Part shown: positions 26,201 to 36,092 of the stretch, piece by piece
Position numbering within the stretch: position 1 is the stretch's first letter
How the letters are laid out: each line of letters starts with the position of its first letter
Source of the DNA: Paraspadella gotoi
Taxonomy: Eukaryota > Animalia > Chaetognatha
Assembly: GCA_051294375.1 (NCBI GenBank)
Contig: CM119269.1
Location: 3,974,302 to 4,038,301, forward strand
Direction: 5' to 3'
DNA: 64,000 bases
Made by a program: the position numbers and the translations under genes
Notes under the pieces: generated by a model
Told to the model about the DNA's origin: nothing
The model's input: only the letters and a program-made list of their open reading frames with translations
Databases searched by the model: none

Positions 26201-26821
26201 GCGACTTCGCGGTCAAGATTAGGTCGTCGACGTATACTAAAAAGCTTTTGACGTCTGTTCCTAGATCCTGGAAGATCTCGTCCAGGATCGCTTGGAGCAC
26301 GTTGACGCTGTTAACTCCACCCATTGGCAGCTTGTTCATCCACCAGTTGTGGCCGGCTCCCGCGAAGGTGGTGACTGATTTACATCGGTCGGCCAGATTT
26401 ACCTGGTGGAAACAAGCGAGGATATCTACTGAGCACTGGAGCTCATGAGGCTTGTATTGTTCTAAGATGGATGTGATTGTTTGTGGTTCGGTGGCGTATG
26501 TAGAGATGTTGTTATTCACTGCTGACAAATCCCAGATGAGTCGCCATTGTTTTGCAAAGGTCTCGTCATTCATTTCATCCTGTCCTTCGGCTATATGGCC
26601 TGGTTTCTTTATGAGAAAGGCGTTGGAGTAGGCCTCGTTTTTTGTTCTAGAGACGATGCCCGCTTTTCATAAACTTCTAGGTACCTTTTTAAGGCAGCCT
26701 TCTTGACTGGTCCTTGATTTGCGAATTTGGGTTTTGGTAAGTTTTCTTCCGAATAGCCGAGGTCAACTCTGTAGTTCAGGAATCCTTCTTTGCAATCATT
26801 TATTGTTTCCCCGAAAAACAT
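23232..26821 (-). CDS. pol: Pol: reverse transcriptase, RNase H, inserted domain, integrase
   Basis: RT: WRLIWDL, SVDILACFHQV, LPMG, YVDDLIL, LGF. RH: YADAS, LETLA, VTDS, NPADFLTR. IN: H-x4-H...CENC zinc finger, SIDV, NFDG, AER, then YSGPHKV (GPY/F-like). Confidence 0.95.
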
Positions 26822-29800
26822 CTCTGTAATCCCAGACGATCTCCCACACTAGGTGTGCTTTTTCTCGCAGGCTGGGGTCCACATCCTTGAATGGCTTTAG
26901 GAATTCTTCCTTGCCTCGTGCGTCATGTTTTTCTCTCCTCTTTTGGCGTGCATGTTCCACTGCTTCCAATTCCTCCTCGGTAGGCTTGTGATGGATGATT
27001 GTTGTTGCCGGGATATGATCCTTTCTAACTTTTCGTAAGAGAGGTTTATCTCCCGACATGTCAGCTTGTACAGGTTCGGCTGTGTCCTTGGTTTCAAGGC
27101 CTAGATCCTGTTTTGCTTCGTTTGTGATTAGTGGTCGTGCGTAACCCCAGGCGCCGGGTTCGGCGTCTATTTCTACTCCTTCGCGGAGTTGGTCACCGTC
27201 CACAATATAAGCCCTTTCGTCTTCTGACTCTATTATCCATTTTGATCCGGTGAGTGTTTTCCAATAAGGTCTGTTTGTCACGAGCCTGATCGTTCCATCA
27301 TTGTTACGTTCAGCGTGCACGGGTAAGGTTGTTTCCTCATCCATGTTGTTGTGCGCCAGCCATCTGGCAGCTTTTAAGGCCTCATACTTTTCCCTGAAAA
27401 GATGGGTAACCGGTTTTCCATCCATTGATGCGATTTGTAGATCCTTTCTTTTGTCGGACGGCTGTACGACCCAAAGATGTTCCGGGGGGCCTGGGTTTGT
27501 TATTGCTGTTCCAATGATTATATCCTGGTCGTTTTCGTCAGCGGATATATAAAATACAGTTTTTAGAACCCATTTTTGGAACATTATCCTGAGATCGATT
27601 CTCTCGGTCAGGGTGATCGTGCCTGTTGCGGTCGAAAGGCGTAGTGGTGATCCGTGGTAGATTTTCTTGTTGAGGGACCACTTCTCTACAAATCTCCTTG
27701 GTACGGTGTTGACTGAGGCTCCTGTATCGTATAAGCAACTGGCTGGTACTCCTGCAATCACTGCCGGAATGTAACTGTTTTTGCCAGAGTGACAAAGCTT
27801 TTCGGTGTCATCTCTGGGCTTAGGGCCTTGCTCGTGTTGGATGGCATTTGCTGCTCTTTCCGGGAGAGGAGGCAAATTTATCTCGTCTTTGGTGGTGATT
27901 GGTTCTGTTTGGATTTCTAAAAATTCTTCCGGTTGATGGCACTCTAGTTCAGCTCGTCGTATTGTGGCCTGATGGAAAGATTCACCAGCCTGTTCACCTG
28001 CTATTATCCTGTAGGTGGGATTTTCCTTACTTCCCGCTGGTCGTAACCTTCTTAAGCTGGGTTTTTCGTTTCTCCTGCTTGGGTTCTTTCTATTCCTTTG
28101 TTTAGGAGGTTCCTCTGTTGGGAAAGAGAGAGGCAGGTCGGAGAACGGCACGTCGGGGAGTGTCGAGTCGGAAGTAGGCGTGTCGGGAAGTGGTGGGTCT
28201 TCCCTTTTGTTTGCTCGTCTTGCAAGCTTGGCGCAGGTCCTAGATCTGGCAATCCTGGCTTTCTTTTCACCAACGTCGGCTTTAGCCCAGTCCCTCCAGC
28301 CTAGCTTATGCAGAAATTTGTTTGCTAAGGCGATTTCTTTTGCTCCAAGAGGTTTTAGAAGCTTATGCATTCGTGAAGCTGTTGACTTTCCTCTGAACTG
28401 ATTGGCTGTTTCCGCTAAGCCTTTGATCTTTTGTCTGATGGATTTATTGAGTTCGTTAGTCTCAATTTGCATAATCCTATTGCCGAGAGATTTGTAATTT
28501 TCTTTTAGCTTTTCGTTTGTTAGCTCATTTTCGGGTTTATGAGGTTTACGCAAAACACGGTTGTAATAATAATAATTGTTTTTATTATCATCGAAATCAT
28601 CATCAGCAGAGTCAATATCAAGATTTTCAGATAAGTCTACGATATCACGGCGTCTTCCAAAACTTGGTCCCTTCTTCCCTTTCTTTTCGTCGCGCCAATT
28701 TGATCTTTTTTCGCTTTTCCAGTCCCGGCCTTTGTAGTTGTTGTTGTATCCTTTTCTTTCGTAGGTCCTGTCTGGGCTACGCTTGTCGCGTCTATCTTCG
28801 CGACGGTCGTCCCGTCGTTCGTAACGGCGTTCCGTTTGTCCACTTTTTCCAGGTTTTCCCATTTCCTTTTTCATTTCTCTCATCATTTCGCTCATGTTAT
28901 TTATTTCCTGTAACACTGAGCCCTGATAGAAAGCGGTGGCGCTGCTGTTGGGGTCCTTGTCGCTCTGGCCTTTTTGGACGAGAGCATTCACCAACTTCTC
29001 CTTGTCGTCGTCGGACACAGTTTTTACAATTTTTCTCGTTGTGCCGTCGCTATTTTTCTTTAAATAGCCACGCAGCTTGTATTCGATGGCTTTGCCCAGT
29101 TTACGAGTCTCGCCTGTTTCGAGGAGGGTCGTCCATTCCAGGGTTTCTGACGTTATGCCTGGGACGTATGGTTCCATAGCCTCGACTAACATCTGGGCGA
29201 CGTAGTCTGGGATAGAGGCTCTATCCTTTTCCCTCACCGTCTCGAAATTTTCTTTGGCTGCGTTGACGAGGGCGAGTCCATATTTGGCATGGACTTGAGG
29301 GTCGACCTCGACTTTGGCTTCGGCGAGGGCCTCTGCTATGCTGATGGAGGACCCTTCGCATAAGGCGCGCAATCCCAACCACATCGATTGATTGATGGGT
29401 TCGATGAATCTGCTCGCGATCTTGTCGCGAGCAAGGAGGGCGCGGAGCTGTTGGTCAATCTTGTCAGTTGCCGGAGAGTCCTTGAAAGCTTCGTAGAAAC
29501 TGCGCAAGAAGTCTTCTGGCGTCTCGTCGCTTCTCCTTTTTTCTAGTTTGATGGGTTGGTCGGCGGGGGTGTACAGTGGAGGATCGCTGCGGCCGCTTTC
29601 GGATTGGATCTCTTCCTGGGGAGGACGAAGGTCTTTCACGGATGGCCGCGGTATATACGGGTTGCTGGGGCTTGGTTGTCCGGCGAGAATGGCGCTGGTG
29701 TTAGGGTAGATCGAGGGAGGAGGAGGGTTTTGGGCGAGCTCCACTAGGCGTGAGTTGACGTCTTGGCTTTGCTGTTTTTCTCGATGGTCTCTGTTTTCTT

Positions 29801-30179
29801 TCGCCATGTCACGGGTTTCTTTCATCATCTCTTTCATCATTTGATGGAGTTCACCCAGTTTGGATCCTAGTTGCATTTCTGTTTGCTCCAAACGCACGTT
29901 TATCCTAGTTTCGCTGTCGTCGATTCGTTGGTTCACTTGTTGATAATTTTGTTGTTGTTTCAGATTGTTGTCGTTTACAAGCTTCAAAATTTGTCTGACG
30001 CAATCCGCTTGTTTATCTCCTTTTAGGCATTGGTCTCGCAGCGCCCCTGTGACTTCGAATGTGTGGAAGTCTAGGTCGATGCTACCGCCTTCGCTTTCGG
30101 TGGAGCTGCCGGGCGCTGCAGGTGGTGCCGCAGGTGCTGCCGGAGCCGTTGAGGTCTTTCTTCTTACGGCGAAGTCCAT
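26796..30179 (-). CDS. gag: Gag-protease portion of gag-pol
   Basis: First ATG at 30179 (MDFAVRRK); N-terminal coiled coil, helical capsid-like region, R/D/K-rich segment, aspartic protease CLYDTGASVNTV...DIIIG. Confidence 0.88.
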   Translation of the reverse strand: MDFAVRRKTSTAPAAPAAPPAAPGSSTESEGGSIDLDFHTFEVTGALRDQCLKGDKQADCVRQILKLVNDNNLKQQQNYQQVNQRIDDSETRINVRLEQTEMQLGSKLGELHQMMKEMMKETRDMAKENRDHREKQQSQDVNSRLVELAQNPPPPSIYPNTSAILAGQPSPSNPYIPRPSVKDLRPPQEEIQSESGRSDPPLYTPADQPIKLEKRRSDETPEDFLRSFYEAFKDSPATDKIDQQLRALLARDKIASRFIEPINQSMWLGLRALCEGSSISIAEALAEAKVEVDPQVHAKYGLALVNAAKENFETVREKDRASIPDYVAQMLVEAMEPYVPGITSETLEWTTLLETGETRKLGKAIEYKLRGYLKKNSDGTTRKIVKTVSDDDKEKLVNALVQKGQSDKDPNSSATAFYQGSVLQEINNMSEMMREMKKEMGKPGKSGQTERRYERRDDRREDRRDKRSPDRTYERKGYNNNYKGRDWKSEKRSNWRDEKKGKKGPSFGRRRDIVDLSENLDIDSADDDFDDNKNNYYYYNRVLRKPHKPENELTNEKLKENYKSLGNRIMQIETNELNKSIRQKIKGLAETANQFRGKSTASRMHKLLKPLGAKEIALANKFLHKLGWRDWAKADVGEKKARIARSRTCAKLARRANKREDPPLPDTPTSDSTLPDVPFSDLPLSFPTEEPPKQRNRKNPSRRNEKPSLRRLRPAGSKENPTYRIIAGEQAGESFHQATIRRAELECHQPEEFLEIQTEPITTKDEINLPPLPERAANAIQHEQGPKPRDDTEKLCHSGKNSYIPAVIAGVPASCLYDTGASVNTVPRRFVEKWSLNKKIYHGSPLRLSTATGTITLTERIDLRIMFQKWVLKTVFYISADENDQDIIIGTAITNPGPPEHLWVVQPSDKRKDLQIASMDGKPVTHLFREKYEALKAARWLAHNNMDEETTLPVHAERNNDGTIRLVTNRPYWKTLTGSKWIIESEDERAYIVDGDQLREGVEIDAEPGAWGYARPLITNEAKQDLGLETKDTAEPVQADMSGDKPLLRKVRKDHIPATTIIHHKPTEEELEAVEHARQKRREKHDARGKEEFLKPFKDVDPSLREKAHLVWEIVWDYRDVFRGNNK

Positions 30180-30326
30180 CTTCTTGAGTTGCGTGATCTT
30201 GGTGGTAAGGCTTCTTTCTTCGGAGTCGTGGTTTGTCGAATCCACTCCTGTCACCTTTGGAGTAGAAGTGATTTTTTCTCAGAAATTACAACAGAAATTT
30301 ATATTCGGCCTGAATTTTCCCTTAAC

Positions 30327-30515
30327 GCCCCCATTTCGTAAAGGTTACATTTATTAAGGTTTAAAATTGGCGGTAAGTGGGTTAGGGATTAGTTAAGGGA
30401 TTAGGTTAGCGATTAAGGGTTAGTGCTAAGGTTTTTTGGGTTAGGGTTAGGGTTAGATATTAGTGGCTGGGTTTTAGTATTAGGTTCAAGATATTAGGTT
30501 AGGGTTAAATGATTA
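30327..30515 (-). promoter_or_regulatory. Putative PBS (TGGGGGC, tRNA-Pro-like) and 3' part of the 5' LTR with degenerate CCCTAA repeats
   Basis: Minus strand reads ...AATAAA(30355-30350)tgtaacctttacgaaa-TGGGGGC(30333-30327), ~150 nt before the gag ATG; no canonical CA at the LTR edge. Confidence 0.45.
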
Positions 30516-30687
30516 GAGTGGAGACCTGATAATAATTATTATTAGTAAAGAAAGTAAATAAAATCGCCGGCCGAAATTCTTTAAAAATTCTAATGCCGCT
30601 AAGAAATATTTTGCTCGACCTCTGTTCAACGCTACGGCCGGTCGCAAAACGTTACCCTATTTGGAAGTATTTTTAGAATTGTTTACT
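30516..30687. repeat. ~170-bp direct repeat, copy 1
   Basis: gagtggaga..cctgat..aaagtaaata..atcgccggccga..gctaagaaatattttgc..tatttggaagtattttt..tgtttact; matches 32445-32618. Confidence 0.85.
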
Positions 30688-31282
30688 AGAGTGGAGCACT
30701 CAAGAACAAAAAAATTTATTTGAATGATCGAACAATGATATTTAGGATGTGAGATAGTATGATTAAACTAGTACAAAATATATTTTGTTCAGATTATCTC
30801 GGGAACAGAATATGTAAAATATAATATATTATGTAGTAATAATCCTTATAAAATATGTAAATTTTAAAAAAATAATTTTTATAAAACTTTATAAATGATT
30901 CCAGTTCTTCATAAAAAGTAGAATCAAAAATATAAAACATGTTATCAAAAATTCTGTCATCTTCAATGTTTAAAAATAAGAAGAAAAAGGTGAAAATTTG
31001 ACTCTTTTTTATTCTCTGTAGTAGAACTTATATATGTTTAAAACGTTTTAGTCATTTTTGTGATTTCTAAACATTAAAAATATCATATAACATATTTTAT
31101 AAAAAGTTTCTTATTTTTTAGACAGCGAATCCAAATCCGTTTCTTAAAATATATTAGAAAAAAATTTTTCTTGAAATTCGACCGATTTTCATAAGGATAT
31201 TACTACAATAAATAATTGAATTTCGCTAATACTATTAATTGTTGAAATTTTCTTTAAAAAGGATATTAAACTTCCACTTAAA

Positions 31283-32170
31283 TTATAAGTGTCCAATAGA
31301 GGAGATCAAAAAGTATAATGTGTTCAAATCTGACAGTCTCAATCTTTTCATCACCCCCGTACTTTGGTTTTGACCATTAACCCAATTGTAACCCAATTTT
31401 CTCATTCTCGCCGTGAGATAAATATTTGCCAGCTTTGTTGTCAATAAAATTGGATTCATTCGTCTGATTCTTGATTCATGGTAGCATGCCATTTTTTCGC
31501 CATTCTTTATTCTCGACCACCGTCCACTTGATGGCAGCGGTGGGGTCCCACCTTCAATTAGGTGATTATACACTCTACAAAGAAGATGTTCGTCCTGAGA
31601 TGGCTAAAGAGCTGTAATCGTTTTGGCCATTGGGAACTTTTTGAAGGAAATTGAGAAAACGTCATCGCTAAAAGACAACATAAAATAGTGGGTTGTTGTT
31701 AATTTTTGTGTCACTGAGTGCTATTGTCGAATTATGGACGAGTATTGCGACTAGTTACTCTCGTCTGCGTGCTTAAAGTCTTGCAACTTGAAACACGACA
31801 TCATAATTTTTTGCGAAATGATGAGTTCGTCATCTATGGGGCGACGCGTTCAGCGTCAGCCATGTGCTATGGAGCAGTGCTTGTGGACCGCCAAAAATGC
31901 CAATGTGGATCGGCAGATGAGAGGGGAGATGTTTGAGCGGCAGTGGATCATGATTTTGCGTTTGGCGCATACATGCACCAGTAGTTCCACTTGTACGTGT
32001 ACTGGGAAGATAGCCCTGGTTATGCCTCCTACGGCCAGCAGGAGGAGTTCTGCGTCACGAATGGCTACGGCGTCATCACGTCTTTTCAAAGTCTATAAGG
32101 ATGGTTGTGCTCCATCGTTTTGTGCTGTCCACAGTGTGTTCATAGGGTGACTATCAACTTCAACAAACTT
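31283..32170 (-). pseudogene. Fragmented, unidentified coding-like sequence
   Basis: Balanced composition within AT-rich flanks; frame-hopping peptides (SQYTYKWNYWCMYAP, WDPTAAIKWTVVENKEW, FIDNKAGKYLSHG, PKYGGDEKIETVRFEH). Confidence 0.3.
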
Positions 32171-32444
32171 TGATGTCTTTCGTGATTCATATAATCAGAC
32201 TTTCGTCAATTTTATTTTCATGTGTGAATTTACCAAACGCTACCGTATATTTTCCCTAACATTATTATTTAAATTTTCATTTTGATATTTTTGCCATTAT
32301 TTAAGCTTTTAACTGGCCAAGAAAGAGAAGTTACTCGTGATGTGTATTTTTATTTTAGTAAAAGTGGCCGTTTTTTAATTTAATTTTATTTGCTTTACTA
32401 TTGATACCTCCATTTATTTGCTTTCTTTGGTGCGTGTCCGTCGG

Positions 32445-32618
32445 GAGTGGAGATCCTGATTATTATTATAGTAGAAAGTAAATAATATCGCCGGCCGAGA
32501 TTTCTTTTAAAAATGTGACTAATGCCCGCTAAGAAATATTTTGCCTCTCCTGCTGTCAACACGCCGGTAGCAACAACGTTACGCTTTATTTGGAAGTATT
32601 TTTGAGAATGATGTTTAC
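32445..32618. repeat. ~170-bp direct repeat, copy 2
   Basis: Matches 30516-30687 with indels. Confidence 0.85.
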
Positions 32619-35059
32619 TTTCACAAATTGTAAACCAGACTTTTCTCTCTCCTCAGCCGTATAAAAATGAATGCACTATTTGTTACAATCTAGGGCCCAA
32701 TTGCGATTCCAATTCGCTTTTCTGATAGTTCAATAAAAATCGATCATCTCAATTTTGTTCGCCAGTTTTTATTCATCGACCACCTCACACTGTAGGTTTA
32801 GGGAATAAGAGTTAGGGATTGAGTGTAAGGTTGGTTAAAAGATTTAGAAATTCTGCTATGAAATTAGAAATTTGTTGTACACAATTGAAATTAAAAAACT
32901 TTGTTATTCTCGATCAAAACAAGCAAAGAAAGGATTTATACGCATTGATACCGAAAGATTAAATTAAAATTTTGAGATTAAAATTATAATTTATGATTTC
33001 AGCAGATTAAAAAATGCAAATGGGGCGCTTTTAGATAAGAGAGTTAAAACTTTTGCAAAAATAAAAGGCGATTTTATTTCAAAATTTTCATGTTCAAACG
33101 GATGTAAAGAAAATAAAAGCGACTTTTTTATTTTCCCTTTGTTATTTTTAATTGGTAATTCGAATGTTTAAAAAGAGAAATTTCCTTTTTTACTTCGATC
33201 TTCAATTTCGGCACCATCACTTATTTAAAATCGGGACTTAAAACAATTTCTAGACATAGAAGACATTTTTTTCTGGAAATATGTCAAGCGTATGGCTCGA
33301 CGTTACATTATTGCACAAAATAATTTAAGAGTTTTCCCTGCCTTATAAAAAAACACAAAAAAATAAAACTTATTACAAATTCTGCCAATAAATATTTTTC
33401 ATCTCAAAAATTTTTTCTCCGCGATTTTTTTCTTCAATAGTGATAAAACTTCATTTTTTTTCCGAAACAGTAAAAAATGCACGATTGTATGGGCCTTGTA
33501 CGCTTTCTTTCCTCTACGGTAAGCGCGAATGCTCTTTGTCTGCCTTTATATGTGATTAATAGCAAGGGAAGATAAGCTCCTGATGCTCGGCAGTGGGCTA
33601 AGGCATGCTACCCTGCCCTTGGCGCTCAGTGCTTTTGACCTGCAGATTCAAATTCCTTATGAAAGAAGTTAATGGAATTGATAAATAGACTATATATTTT
33701 TTAAACAAAATATGTTTTGAAAAAAAATGCTGAAAAAGTTTCACCGACTTACATAAGGATTTTTAAAAATTATAATTTTTGCTTTTTTTTTATTCAATTT
33801 TCATAACGAAATCAAAATCCTTGTTAGAAATTTTTTTTAGATATGAATTTATAGAACTTTTGTACCACTTTATATGAAATATCAATAATATATTCACTTA
33901 ATTGAAAATAACTAAGGCTTAACACCACAACCCTTAAATAAAATAGGACTTACCAAGGATAAGGTCCTAACTGGCTTTCATTGAGTCCCAACTACTAATT
34001 ATGATAATTTGCAAACTAAGCTCTTTCTCACGCCAACGCGGCCAACTTCCACTTGGGTGAGGCCCTAAGATATTTTAAAAAATGAGATTTAATATTTTAA
34101 AATATTTTAAATTATATAGTTTTAAATTAAGGACCTAATATTTGATATAGTAAAACAAGTATTCATGCATTTAAATTTTCTCACCATTAGTATCGCCGAA
34201 CTGAATTCACTCGCCTGCCTAATGGAAAAGAGAAAAAGCAATGAAAAAGATCGTTGCTGGAGTAAGAATTTTGATTTGGATGGAGTTGCTTGGAGTAGAA
34301 TTAATGGAGTTAGACTGATGATCCGAGAGAAAAAAAATCTAACTCTGAATCAGAAAGGGAAAAGAAACGAAAAAGAAACTAAGACGCGAAATTTCATTAG
34401 CAAACATCACAGGGAGTGAATGTGGCATAATCGAGAAGTGATTCGAGGATGTGGCAATTGTGGCATCGAGGAAAATGGCTGATGGAAAATGGAATGACAT
34501 GTTAAGGACATAATGGCCCAAAATGAATTTATTATTTTTTAATAGAAAAAGTTTTAAGTTTTAACGGAAAATATGGTGTTAATTTTATTTGTATAATAAC
34601 TTTGAAATACTCTCATAGAGTATCAATTACTGGTTAACGTTTGTTTTTCGTTTTTAAATTTCTTTGTGGGAAGGGATTAGACTTAATTATAATTGTGTTG
34701 ATGTGTGTCAGCTGTATAAATTCTTGATAATGAAGATAAATACTATATAATTATTTTATCGAATAGCTAGAAGTGAAGTGTTTACTGTTTACTTTACGCC
34801 GTCAAAATGTTTCAAACAATGTCTGTGAAAAGTGTAAAACTTTAATTCGTAAAAATATAAAATAAAGACAATATTGGATTATGTCATATTTTACCTAAAG
34901 ATTAGTAATTTGAATTAAGCCTACGCAAGTAAATTTCACAAATCACGATGAAGCAAAATCTTAGAAGAGCTCACTTTTTTTAAATTTCCGCCTCAAAATA
35001 AAGAGAACTCTCCATGGGAATGAGGATAATTATTGCGAAAAATGGCGCGATTTGTGCGA

Positions 35060-35133
<74 letters not shown>

Positions 35134-36056
35134 AGGAATATAAAGAGAGAGATTAGTATACAAATTGAGGACAAGTTAATAAAAGGAAAAATAAAATAAA
35201 AGGAGAAAGATGAAGAAGAAAAATTCCGGAGAATATTAAGAACAAAATCTATTTTTCGGTCCGGTCGGTCGTTAATTGTTTTCCTTTTATCGTTCGCTTA
35301 ATCCGTGGGTGTGTTCCATTTTATCTTTCGCTGCTGATAACTTTTATTAAGTGTATATTTTTTATATTTCGTAATTTGTGTTATCATGTGATCACAAATG
35401 TCAGAAAATCGGTCTTATCGATCAGAAAGATGAAAGTCAAATAATGGCCATCATATTTTTGGATTCCAAAGTTTACAGATAAGTGATGCAGCCGGATAAT
35501 AATGCTTGTCACTGCGTATATGCGTAAGCGATGAAAAGGAAAGTCAATGTGGCGAAACACATTAAAATTGTTGTTTCTGTTATGTAACAGGTATCACGCA
35601 ATTTATTCTTTAAACAAAAAAGCTAAACCAGCTTTCTCCTCGGTAAATATTTTATAGAAATTCAAGGTAAAAACATGCGGATCTGTTAACTGCCTATCTA
35701 TTTTATATTAGCCTTGTCGTTATTTTTTCCGAACTAATTTTTCCTAATCTTCTATAACAGCTCTTTGTAATATCGCGGTTTAGGGAAAAAATTGAAAATT
35801 CACCCAAAAAATATTTTGTTTCTATCTGGATTAATTCAATTTCATTCATTTCTTTCTTTATTATATTTTATCTAGTTCACTTTAATGCAATGTCATCAAT
35901 CCATGCGTCAATCATTTTATCCATCCGTTCCTCGATTCACATTCATGTCATTCTTTCTATCGCATTTAATTTTCATGTCATCCCAATCTACTCCTTGACC
36001 TTCGATTCTGCGTAAACCCAGTCCCGTCCTTTTATGCGGAAAAAAGACAGAGAGAG

Positions 36057-36092
<36 letters not shown>

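Larger units (their letters stand above)
21225..30515 (-). mobile_element. Ty3/gypsy-type LTR retroelement with env (gag-PR-RT-RH-[OTU-like/AT-hook]-IN-env); 3' end lost in N gap
   Basis: Domain order PR-RT-RH-IN, separate third ORF with signal peptide, putative PBS at 30327-30333. Confidence 0.92.

Noticed and set aside
26796-26830. Programmed gag-pol frameshift
   Set aside because: Falls after the protease and is cancelled by a second shift ~150 nt later; error is the simpler explanation
31592-31625. Hammerhead-like ctgagatggct...agct
   Set aside because: Core lacks both CUGANGA spacing and GAAA; no stem I
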